Shown one piece after another: positions 1 to 9,841 of a DNA stretch of 64,000 nt. The stretch's first letter is position 1. Each line of letters starts with the position of its first letter. The DNA comes from Podarcis pityusensis (taxonomy: Eukaryota): the NCBI GenBank assembly GCA_964106645.2, contig OZ067043.1; one strand, 5' to 3'. The notes below the pieces were generated by a model that was not told the origin of the DNA, searched no databases, and saw only the letters and a list, made by a program, of their open reading frames with translations. A program made the translations under genes and the position numbers.

Positions 1-2174
1 AAGAAGTAAAAAAACAAACAAAAGAAAAACAAGCCGCAAGCCACAATTAAACAATACAAATTAATAAAGATCAAAATCAAAAAATAACAACAAAACACAT
101 AACACAACACAATCAAAAAGCAAAGATAAACCACAAAAATTTAAAAACAAATCCAATATTCCCAAATCCTTAACTGTCATTACCTTATTTCATCGACCTC
201 CTCACTCCTCCCTTTTTTTGTATTCTAGTTGTTAATTATCACAGCAAATCCTTTCCCTTTTTCATAGTATTCTGTCCTTAAATTACCTTAATCTATTTTA
301 ACCTTATCTTACTATAAAAGACCCTAAAACTTAAAACTTAGATCTTATTTATACCAATTTCTCATAACCATAACATATTCTTACATAATTCTTTTAACAT
401 TTCTGCTAAAGTCAAATAATTTCGTTCCAACATTTTTCTAACATTCATCAATTTTATAAAACAATCCTAATAAAAAAAATTTAAAACTTTCTTCCAATCT
501 TCATCCAACGTCTCTTCCTCCTGGTCCCGGGTTTTGTCAGTCCTTTCTATCCCATCAATCTAGCTCATTAACCTGGTAATCTTATGTCCGAGGCCCTTAA
601 GTCTCTTCCATGTCCCTTCCGCAGCTCTTCTTCATATTTATACCTGTACTTTACTTTGTCTCCTGCTCCTTTTACTCATGGAAACTCCAACTTGACAATA
701 TTTTTGTCCCTTCTCGACAAATCAGCCCCTTTTCCATATTCCACACTAAACTCCATGTGGTATTTAAAAACATATTTCAAAGTCCCTCCAGAATTAAGAA
801 CCACCACATCCCCAAACATCTCACGGCCCATTGCCAGACTTGAAGAGTCAAAACATCCCTGCATAGGGGGGTCTATCCAACCCCCCATTTCCAAACCAAG
901 CAAAACTGTATCTCCCCAAATCTGGTTTTTTCCTAGTTCATTTGTCAAATCCAACAACTCATGTTCCTGCTGGGCCACAACTCCCTCCATCTCTGCCACC
1001 CGAGGTCCAGCAACATCCTCTTCCCTCCTCTGATCTGTCAGAGCACACTCCTGAGTTGATTCCTGGGTGGATTCTATATAATTACCCACAACCTGTCCAA
1101 AATTTCTGATCGCAACAGTCATCAAGTCCATCTTCTCATGTAACTGTTCCAATAGGGCACTTGTTTTACAGAAAGCACGCACCAGAGCTTCTGAATACAT
1201 TGTTATGAAGGTCAGAAGTCTATTCCCACGATCTTAATCTGTTGCAGCTGCAGAGCTCCCCGGTTCAGATTTAGTAACAGTTTCACAGGCTCCCTCTAGG
1301 GGAAGAACTTCTATTTGTATCCATCTTTTCTTTTTTTTTCTTTTCTTTTGAAGGCAGATCTAACAACAAAGTTTCCTTTTTCAGATATTTTGTCAATATT
1401 TGTTCCTTTAAAATGTGAAGGAGAATAATGGAATCACTATGTTTCTCTTCTTTTAACTGTCTGTCAAAGACGTTTGTCTATAGTCAATGAGCGTCCCAAA
1501 AACGTCAGTCTTGACACCCCGCTCCCAGGATCAAGACGGTGGAAAATTACTTTTCTTTACACTCTCTTCTGCAGGTTTAAACAGTCCAGAAAAAATCCCC
1601 CCTCTTCTCCTGCTTCCGAGAGGGGTTCAACAATTTTAGATGATGAAAGTTAATCCTTTACAGACGATTTTCTTAACTCTAGTTTACCATGTCTTTGCTT
1701 TAATCTATCTACAAGAAACGGAAGGCTGACTTCCTGTTTAGACCTTCCCGTTTCAGTACCAAATTGAAAAGAATTTCTTAGTCCAATTTTCCTTTCTACT
1801 CACAGGTCGTTGTTTAAAGTCCAATTGTCTGAAATTAAGCTACTCACGGGTAGTTGTTTTAATAGTCAAATTGTCCCAGGAAAAAGGCAGCGCTCTCCGG
1901 CAACGGCTGTGCAGCTTCGCTCCACGGAAGAAGCAGTTGACTCTCAGTACCGCGCCACTTGCCCCTCTTCGCTCCGGAGCCCGTGACTGGGTTCCTTTAC
2001 GAGTTGGGGGGGCGCGAAAGGTGCCCGCCGAGTCCCATGGTCACAGGCTTCATCCGCCTGTGATTTTTCAAAGGGTCCCCGCTTCGCCGTAGCGGGAAAG
2101 ACCCGTTTTCCGTGGAGCCAGTCCCTCGGATCAGAGGGAATCCGCCATTACCGATGGCGCCACCCCGGAAGTCC
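1..2174 (-). mobile_element. Non-autonomous L1-derived (HAL1-like) retroelement: CpG-rich 5' UTR, single short ORF, L1-type 3' end
   Basis: The minus strand begins GGACTTCCGGGGTGGCGCCATCGGTAATGGCGG (ETS/YY1-like motifs typical of L1 5' ends), with a CpG-rich segment at ~1880-2174. Around 570-490 the minus strand translates as RLMS*IDGIERTDKTRDQEEETLDEDWKK, which resembles the ORF2 C-terminus of the L1 near 54130-54220 (KLMEYAEMVKLTGRVKNQEEKIFNIEW). A T-rich 3' UTR runs to the window edge. No RT or EN is present. Confidence 0.6.
676..1200 (-). CDS. 174-aa ORF inside the L1-derived element; N-terminal part coiled-coil-like, function unknown
   Basis: Open frame starting ACAATG. Heptad-like stretches LLEQLHEKMDLMTVAIRNFGQVV and VAEMEGVVAQQEHELLDLTNEL. 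No catalytic motif recognised. Confidence 0.4.
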   Translation of the reverse strand: MYSEALVRAFCKTSALLEQLHEKMDLMTVAIRNFGQVVGNYIESTQESTQECALTDQRREEDVAGPRVAEMEGVVAQQEHELLDLTNELGKNQIWGDTVLLGLEMGGWIDPPMQGCFDSSSLAMGREMFGDVVVLNSGGTLKYVFKYHMEFSVEYGKGADLSRRDKNIVKLEFP

Positions 2175-2551
2175 AAAAAGTTGTTCTTAATGGAGAGTGG
2201 GCAATGTGAAGTAAGTGGATTCATCGTGTATACTTCACTAACAGAAAGCTAAGTTCTCTGAGTACTGGTCCCTCTGTACCTAAAATGGCACCACCCACAA
2301 GACGAAGGTAGCAACAAGCTTGGGGGAACCCCAAGGTTTCTGGAATTACCAAAAAGTAAAAGAAAATTTCAGAGAAAAACCCGAAGAATGTACCCATCCC
2401 CTAAAAACAGAGAGCATGTTCAGTTGGCATAGAATGCTGAGTGAATATTGGGGAGGGCATAAAACAAGGGGGGGAGTGGAGTGGCTAAAACCCTTCACAC
2501 ATTTGTTTGCCAGCCCAGCTTGTACAAACAATGGGTTGTATCCAACTAAAT

Positions 2552-3814
2552 CAGGGATCCTCAAACTCTTTAAAAAGGAGCCAGTTCACTGTCCCTCAGA
2601 CACTGTTGGGGGCTGGACTATAGTTTGAAAAAAATATGAATGAATTCCTATGCACACTGCACATATTTTATTTGTGGTGCACAAAAAACAGGAAAAACAA
2701 TACAATATTTAAATTGAAAAACAATTTTAATCAACATAAACTTATAAGTATTTCAATCGGAAGTATATGCCTGCTTTTGGCTAATGAGATGGTCAACTTC
2801 CGGTTCCATATTTGTCACTGCTAGTCGTAGCAAGTGATGCAAGTGTTCACCAGTTAGTCTGGATGTGGTTGGAGATTTCAGATGTTTCATTCGGGGAAAA
2901 GTCTGTTCACAGACATAGGTGCTGCCAAAGATGGTTGCAATTTTGAGTGCATGGTTCCTGAAATTAAGAATTGAGATTATGTCTCAAGAGCTAAGAGATG
3001 CATAGAAATTAGTGAGGCTGCTTGATTTGAATGCGTCTTTCAGAGAGTCAAAATTCTGTAGTTCGGCCAATTCCATTTGGTAAATCGGATCAACAATTTC
3101 AATATCAACAGAACATGGGTTCCGGAAAAGCTGTATGTCCTGTTCATGGAGATGAAGCTCTTTAAATCTGATTTGAAACTCCTTTTTCAACATTTCTAGT
3201 AAATCCACATATGTTTTGTTTGGGAATGCAACTGCTGGTTTTTCCTGCAACTGCTGGTTGACCCCCGACCAAGGAGGCTGGAGGAGAGATGCCTCAGCAG
3301 CTGCCAGTCTCAATCCTGAGGCGGGGCCTCCTCCCACCTGCTCTGCTGGGCAGTAGAATGAGGCTCCCCAGCCCCAAAACGGCCACTTCCCTGTCCTGCC
3401 TCGGAGCGTAACGGCTGAAAAGAGAAAGTGGGGGGCAGCCAAGCTTCCCCCCCCCCCTCCGCGGCTGCCTCACATGAGTCACTCACCTTATGCAGAGCAG
3501 CTGAAGGAACTCTCAGCCATGGACCATAGAGAGATGAGAACGCAAAAGCACCAACCCGCCTGCTGCCCGTGTGCAGGATCGCATCATCCCTCCTTTTGCG
3601 CATGCATCGCTGCCCCCCCCCCGCAACCAATGAACCAACCACTCATGGTATCAATGGACACCAGATGCAGAGGTCGCAGTCGTGCACGGGACGCCATACT
3701 TCTTTTCGCCATAAACCCATTAGACAGCAACGGGCTCTGCAATTGCCGAGCGGGCCGGGTTCAGGACCCTGGCGGGCCAGATTTGGCCCGCGGACCATAG
3801 TTTGAGGACCCCTG
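2552..3814 (-). mobile_element. Internally deleted hAT/Charlie DNA transposon of OC1 (OposCharlie1)/hAT2-like type
   Basis: TIRs CAGGGATCCTCAAACT (2552) and AGTTTGAGGACCCCTG (ending 3814). 8-bp TSD AACTAAAT / AACTGAAT (7/8). The subterminal sequence CCAGTTCACTGTCCCTCAGAC...GGACTATAGTTT matches my recollection of OC1-family ends. A transposase C-terminal remnant lies inside. Confidence 0.85.
2753..3258 (-). pseudogene. hAT transposase C-terminal remnant (dimerisation region)
   Basis: Translates as QLQEKPAVAFPNKTYVDLLEMLKKEFQIRFKELHLHEQDIQLFRNP...MELAELQN...NFYASLSS, then after disruptions KIATIFGSTYVCEQTFS (hATC motif) and ...NMEPEVDHLISQKQAYTSD*. Confidence 0.85.
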
Positions 3815-4129
3815 AACTGAATTGTTCTGTGTGGGGAGCAATTTCCAAAAGTCCCACAGAATTTCCTCCCCTTTATTCCCCACCCCCTATGCCCCCTGCA
3901 CTGTCCCCATATCTGCTTGGGAAGAAACCCAGAGCAGTTTGGGGGGGGGGCATGTGAAAGGAGGAGAGAGAGGGGAAGTTCTGTTGTACTTGCAGAAGTC
4001 ACTTTGTGCATGCAATGATTCAGTTGGATACGATTGTTATTTTAGTAAATCAGTTTCCAACAACTGATTATCTGTGCTGCATGGAGACAACTTTAAAAAG
4101 TACTTATTTTATAAGAACATGGCACTTAC

Positions 4130-4225
4130 CTTTCCACTGAAATCTAGCTCTTCGTGTGTCAGGTTTTCATTATTATTTTTGCATGAAGAACATTTGGTAT
4201 GTGCAATTGCAGCCCCTACAGCTGT
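4130..4225 (-). other. Candidate 96-nt phase 0/0 coding exon (TAVGAAIAHTKCSSCKNNNENLTHEELDFSGK)
   Basis: Strong donor AAG|GTAAGT at 4130/4129 and acceptor CACTTCAG| at 4225 with a weak pyrimidine tract; open frame. Protein not recognised. Confidence 0.2.
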
Positions 4226-6279
4226 CTGAAGTGGTGCAGACCACAGACGGTTTACTATTTCATTTATTTTTAAATTACATTTTTATATTGCTCACTTGAT
4301 AGAAAACCTCCAAGTGGTTTACAAAGAACAAATTTAAAATATTCATTAAAAATACAGATAAAAATAAACAAATTTTCAATTTTTTTAGATACAGATTAAA
4401 GCAAATATTAAAAGCAGGTTGACATATAATTATATCAAAATAGAAATAAATACAAAATACAATTTAAAAATGATTATACATAATAAAATTACATGTTAAA
4501 ATTACATGCCTGAGTAGGCTTGCCAAAACAAAAAGGGGTTAGTTCTTTTAGTAAGAACTATTCCATATTCAGAAGATGATAGCTGGAAACCTGAGTAAAC
4601 AACAGTTTTATTCAGAAAAGTTGGAAACCAGACTGGATAAGACCAGAGAGGATAAAGAAAAGAACAAAAGAGTATGCAAAGAAAGCACCGCATTTAGATC
4701 ACATGTTCAAGTTGTTGGGAAACTGAGGTATGGATGGAGATGGGATTATAATTACATAGGGACATACAAAGCTGCCTAACACTGAATCAGACCATTGATC
4801 CGTCCAACTCAGTACTGTCTGCATTGACTGGTATTGACTCTCCATGGATTGAATTTAAGACCTTCTGAATACAAAGCATGTGCACTAGCAAACAAATTGC
4901 CTGCATATCGTCAAACAGAAACAACTATAAATCATACTTTGCTCTCCTTGGCATGTGATTCTTGCAAAATTACAATTGATTAGGCAAGAATGAACCCAAA
5001 GTATCCTAGATAATTCTGCAATTCTTTCTACCTTTTTATATGGCTCAGAAATATTTAGCTGTATCACGTCTCTCAGGAAATATTAAGGCAGCATCCACTT
5101 CCTTGCATAGTAGATTGAAAAAAGGATTATATTATTCAGGATTTTGACCTCAGTTGTGAAGTCAGTCAATAATTATCATTTACTATTCAGCAGTGGCATA
5201 AATCCTTTCCCATGTGAGAGAGGAACCATTTGAATCTCTTACTTTCATTCATAATTAATCTTATGAGTGCCTTCCAGGCAGGAAGCTATTTCCTTTGATT
5301 CAAGAATCTAAGAACAAATTTACTTCAGTGTATATTGGACAACTCACTGGCCACTTTCTTCAAGGTCAGACCCAGTAAATAAATAGGAGCATGCCAGTAA
5401 GTAGACATAGGTAGTATAGGTAGATATGGAAACTTAGTGTATCTCCTTCCTCCACATAGTTATGTAATATAGATTTAATGAAACAAATTGTTTCTGTGTG
5501 AATTGGGATAGCTCTCTTCATTCTGCGGATAGGCATTAATATTGTATCACTCTGAAAATAAAATAGTGATTTCTGAAAGGATTGTGAATAGCACTTTAAT
5601 GGCTAAGAAAACTTATTTCGCTGGTCTCCTTTTTGTGAACTAGGCTATTGGCTTTCAGATAATGATGCTAGAAAGTGTGCTTTGTAGCTAAAACTGTAGT
5701 TTGGTGGCAAATTATAACCAGTCTCGTAATGGAGGAAAGAAAATCCCACGATGTTGTCACAGAAATTTCAGTTGCTCAGTTACCACATACTAAAGTCTGC
5801 AAGGGAAAAGTACAGTTTCACTTTTCTTCTTCTTCTTCTTTAGTAAGGTATTTTATGGGGATGGGGATGTTTTCTGTCTGTTTTCTGAGAGGTCCTAGAG
5901 GCTCATTTGTGTCTTGAGCAGATGGGTGTTCAGCTAAGCTATTATTCCTCTTCTCCCCACACTTCAGAAAAGTGGTGAGGAATGACAGAGACTTAGCCTC
6001 TCATTGTGCTGCGATCTGCACAGAATGGTTGTTAGGCCACCTCCATCATGGAGAGTAATGGGGGAAGTAAGCATTCACTCCCTTCATCTCTTCCCACAGA
6101 AGGAAGAGGAGGATAGAAGCCTCTAGAAAAGAATTACCATTACATAAGAGAGCATTTAACAAAATCTTAGTAAAGTGTTTATGTAAGAAATTGTGTGCCA
6201 CCTTTTTGGTCAAAGTAATCCCAAGGTGGCTTACACAGATAAACGAAACATAAAACTGGAACACTTTATTCCAATAAAA

Positions 6280-6494
6280 CTCCTACACTGACTTCTTGTG
6301 CACTCCTAGAATTCAGCACAAGCTCCTTGTTACCTTCAAATCGCTCCCTGGCCTTGTTTCCTTTAACTCTCTGGTCTTGAATTACCAATATTTAGTTGCA
6401 CATAGCCCTCCCTGCTTCAGCTCCACCACCCTCAGCACCTCCTTCTCTCTCAAAAGACACAGTCCTTTGTCCCTTGCTGCCCTTGATGCTTGGT
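6280..6494 (+). mobile_element. Old L2/CR1-group LINE fragment (RT C-terminal region)
   Basis: Degenerate RIQHKLLVTFKSLPGL resembles the L2 RIxFKLLxLTFKALHGL motif. Confidence 0.4.
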
Positions 6495-7029
6495 TGTGAA
6501 GTCCGTGGGTGCAAAGGCATCCATAATTAGCAAATGGCAAAGATTACTAAATATTTGGAGTTACTAAATGCTGGGTGTCTTCACCTGGGTGCCAGACAGG
6601 TTAACAGTGTAAAAATGCAGGCTGAGAAGAAGAGCTGGAGAGAAGAATCATGTAGTACAAAGAAAGATAATGGGCAAAACAGTTACCCTGTGTTGGGCAG
6701 CAGAGGAATGTGAGTCCCTCCTCCTATGAGGGAATGCTGAGCAGAGACCACAGCCGGGATTAGGATTTCAGCATTGGATGGTGTAAACTGGGAAGGGGAG
6801 TTCCAGGTTGGCAGTGGACAGTGACGTAGTCTGCAGGAAAAATCATGGCAAGATGCTTGGAAAGTGGGGGTAAGGCAGAACTCTTGGAATGGCTGGCTGA
6901 GACAAGATGGGTCAGAGACACTGAGGTGGCATTCTGGCTACTCTGGAATCTAATGCTGCACTCCCTCTTGAGATAAAATAAAAAAAATCCTTCCAGTAGC
7001 ACCTTTAAGACCAACTAAGTTAGTTCTTG

Positions 7030-7067
7030 GTATGAGCTTTCGTGTGCAAGCACACTTCTTCAGATAC
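7030..7067 (-). ncRNA. Minimal type I hammerhead ribozyme motif (PLE pLTR), left arm
   Basis: The minus strand reads GUAU-CUGAAGA-A-GUGUG(CUUG)CACAC-GAAA-GC-UC-AUAC: CUGANGA and GAAA core, 5-bp helix II, palindromic AGCU helix III, GUAU/AUAC helix I. Confidence 0.75.
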
Positions 7068-7247
7068 ACTGAAACAGAAGTTGCCAGATCCTTCTATATA
7101 GTGAGAAGGTGGGGAGGGGTATTACTCAGAAGGGTGGTGGGAATGGGAGATTGGCAGATAGCTGAGATGAGCCTGCTGACGACTCTTAACGACTGTAATA
7201 GGTCTTACAGGAAAAGGCAAGGGGTGAGAAGGTGAGAAATGGCTTAG

Positions 7248-7916
7248 TCATGTATAATGGGATAAGAATCCAATGTCTTTGTTCAAACCAGGTCTCTCCA
7301 TGGTTTTAAGTTTGGTAATGAGTTGCAATTCAGCAGCTTCTCTTTCCAGTCTATTTCTGAAATTCCTTTGTAGTAAAACAGCTACTTTGAGATCTTGTAT
7401 AGAATGTCCTGGGAGATTGAAGTGTTCTCCTACTGGTTTCTCTGTTTTGTGATTCTTGATGTCAGATTTATGTCCATTTATTCTTTGGCGTAAGGTTTGG
7501 CCTGTTTGTCCAATATAGAGGGCTGAAGGACACTGTTGGCATTTGATGCCATACACAATGTTAGATGATGAGCAATTGAATAGTCCCGAGATGGTATGTG
7601 TGATGTTGTTGGGGCCAGTAATGGTGTTGTCCGGGTGTATGTGGCAGCAAAGTTGGCATCTGGGTTTATTGCAGGCTCTGGTGCCAGTGTCCGTGTTAGG
7701 TCTGGTTGTAGTATTATTGTGGGTTAGGAGTTGTTTAAGATTGGGTGGCTGTCTGTAGGCAATGAAAGGTCTTCCTCCCAGAGCTTGAGAAAGAGAACTG
7801 TCATTGTCCAGGAGAGGTTGTAGATCTCTGATGATGCGTTGTACTGTTTTAACTTGGGAGCTGTATGTGATGACTAGAGGTGTTCTGTTATTTTCTTTTT
7901 TGGGTCTGTCTTGCAG
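7248..7916 (-). CDS. Penelope-like ORF 3' portion: RT C-terminus/thumb, Cys-rich linker and GIY-YIG endonuclease (5'-truncated)
   Basis: RTPLVITY...PFIAYRQPPNLKQLL (PLE RT C-terminus), CNKPRCQLC linker, NIVYGIKCQQC...LYIGQTGQTLRQRINGH...EHF...ELQLI...GLN (GIY-YIG). No internal stop. Confidence 0.92.
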   Translation of the reverse strand: MQDRPKKENNRTPLVITYSSQVKTVQRIIRDLQPLLDNDSSLSQALGGRPFIAYRQPPNLKQLLTHNNTTTRPNTDTGTRACNKPRCQLCCHIHPDNTITGPNNITHTISGLFNCSSSNIVYGIKCQQCPSALYIGQTGQTLRQRINGHKSDIKNHKTEKPVGEHFNLPGHSIQDLKVAVLLQRNFRNRLEREAAELQLITKLKTMERPGLNKDIGFLSHYT

Positions 7917-8177
7917 CAAACAGGCCAAACCTTACGCCAAAGAATAAATGGACATAAATCTGACATCAAGAATCACAAAACAGAGAAACCAGTAGGAGAA
8001 CACTTCAATCTCCCAGGACATTCTATACAAGATCTCAAAGTAGCTGTTTTACTACAAAGGAATTTCAGAAATAGACTGGAAAGAGAAGCTGCTGAATTGC
8101 AACTCATTACCAAACTTAAAACCATGGAGAGACCTGGTTTGAACAAAGACATTGGATTCTTATCCCATTATACATGA
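7917..8177 (+). pseudogene. Inverted duplicate of the GIY-YIG C-terminal half
   Basis: Identical peptide QTGQTLRQRINGHK...DIGFLSHYT on the opposite strand. Confidence 0.9.
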
Positions 8178-8357
8178 CTAAGCCATTTCTAACCTTCTCA
8201 CCCCTTGCCTTTTCCTGTAAGACCTATTACAGTCGTTAAGAGTCGTCAGCAGGCTCATCTCAGCTATCTGCCAATCTCCCATTCCCACCACCCTTCTGAG
8301 TAATACCCCTCCCCACCTTCTCACTATATAGAAGGATCTGGCAACTTCTGTTTCAGT

Positions 8358-8395
8358 GTATCTGAAGAAGTGTGCTTGCACACGAAAGCTCATAC
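8358..8395 (+). ncRNA. Minimal type I hammerhead ribozyme motif (PLE pLTR), right arm
   Basis: GTAT CTGAAGA A GTGTG CTTG CACAC GAAA GC TC ATAC; predicted cleavage after C8391. Confidence 0.75.
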
Positions 8396-9841
8396 CAAGA
8401 ACTAACTTAGTTGGTCTTAAAGGTGCTACTGGAAGGATTTTTTTTATTTTGACTATGGCAGACCAACACGGCTACCTATCCCTCTTGAGATGTGAATGCT
8501 CTGACCTGTCTGCACAGTAGACTCAGATGTGTAAATGAAACCATATATCTTAAAGACACCACAGTCTACATTGTGCCTCATTCCAAAGGAAATGCAACCT
8601 AGTAAAGTGCCAAGACCCCTAGAATTTTGCACCACTCGGCAGAGATTGGGGTAGCCTATAACAATATATAAACAAACCCATCACATATTTTTTCCGTTTG
8701 TTTCTGCCTCAACTTCCTTCCTTCCTCTTCCTCTGTTGTGTACCCAGTGAACTTTTTAAAATCTTAAGCTCCACAAGGCAGAGATCTAATTTCTTGTACC
8801 CTGTAATGCAACATGCACCTTAATGCTGTTAAATAAACAAATAAGTCAATTTAATAGTAATTAAATAGTCAATTGAACTACTCTTCAGTTAAACTACTCA
8901 TCAATTCCCTTGGAACCCTCATGCCCTCTTAACTGCCCCAGCATGTATGCCTTCCCTCTTGGAAGATGGACACCTCTCAAATTCCAGCTTCCTACTTGTT
9001 TTACAGGGATACCAGTTACTTAGATACTTTTACACCCAAACACACACCCCCCACATCAGTTGCTAGCTCAAGACACCGACTTATAAGTTGCACTGAGCTT
9101 CTATCGTTGTGGCACTGCTCCCAAGTATGCACAATGTCTTCATATGATTATAGTACACAGGAAAAGTCAGCTTACCCTGTTTTAAATTGTATACCTGGAT
9201 GAATTTTAATCATTCACATAATGAATATAGGCTGTCATGTCATATGCAAGAGAGCAATATTCAATCCTTATCATTTCCTTTAGAATGGGCAAATGGTAGG
9301 TCAATCTAGGAAGTGGGGGGAAGGGGAATCCTTAATCCCAAACAATTTAAATTGTATCTAATCACTATAAATCAAAGAGGAATTCTTTTAGCAAGTGAAT
9401 TTTAGCCGGGGGGGGGGCAGTGGAAAGCATGTAATAACCATGTTTTCAATATATTTTGTTCCCCATTATATCCTTTTCTGTTGTGAGGCTTGGCTGAGCC
9501 ACTGATTACAGTCATTGGCTCTGATAGCCATTGAATTACACATGGGTCTCATTGTAAAAAGTAGTAGAAGGCACACTACATGTGCATTTAAAATGCATTA
9601 TGAACAATAGAGCCCTCTGCCTGGAATAAAAGGTGTTTTTATTTTCCAAAACATTCTAAAGCATATGAAGACAGGCTACTATGACCATCCATAAACCCAA
9701 CCACTAAAATATTTGTATTTTAAAATGTTTATATAGCAGCAACTCCCCACATCAGGCAACTGATGATAATTTATTTTTAAATTGCAGCCTTCTGTTTTAG
9801 GAGTATGGCTACTTACAAAGAAATACATTTTGCAAGCCATT

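Larger units (their letters stand above)
6975..8478 (-). mobile_element. Penelope-like retroelement (Neptune-type), 5'-truncated, with inverted pseudo-LTR
   Basis: Perfect 13-bp TSD TCCCTCTTGAGAT at 6962-6974 and 8479-8491. GIY-YIG endonuclease ORF. Inverted arms at 6975-7508 and 7917-8450, plus a 28-bp tail extension at 8451-8478. Confidence 0.93.
6495..8663 (+). mobile_element. Probable solo LTR (Gypsy-like) interrupted by the Penelope insertion; 5' boundary uncertain
   Basis: The 3' part 8530-8663 (...AAACCATAT...CAAGACCCCTAGAATTTTGC...GGCAGAGATTGGGGTAGCCTATAACA) is homologous to 54479-54604 and ends in ACA. The candidate start is TGTGA at 6495. Confidence 0.45.

Noticed and set aside
3294-4067. 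Cluster of overlapping ORFs
   Set aside because: These result from high GC content inside and next to the hAT element; only the transposase remnant has recognisable motifs.
7032-8393. Twin ORFs MSFRVQAHFF... (7032-7235 + and 8178-8393 -) as small genes
   Set aside because: They are antisense readings of the pLTR and are duplicated only because of the inverted repeat.
6975-8450. Inverted repeat as an assembly artefact
   Set aside because: It is bounded by a perfect 13-bp TSD, has an asymmetric 28-bp tail and at least one mismatch, and fits known PLE architecture.
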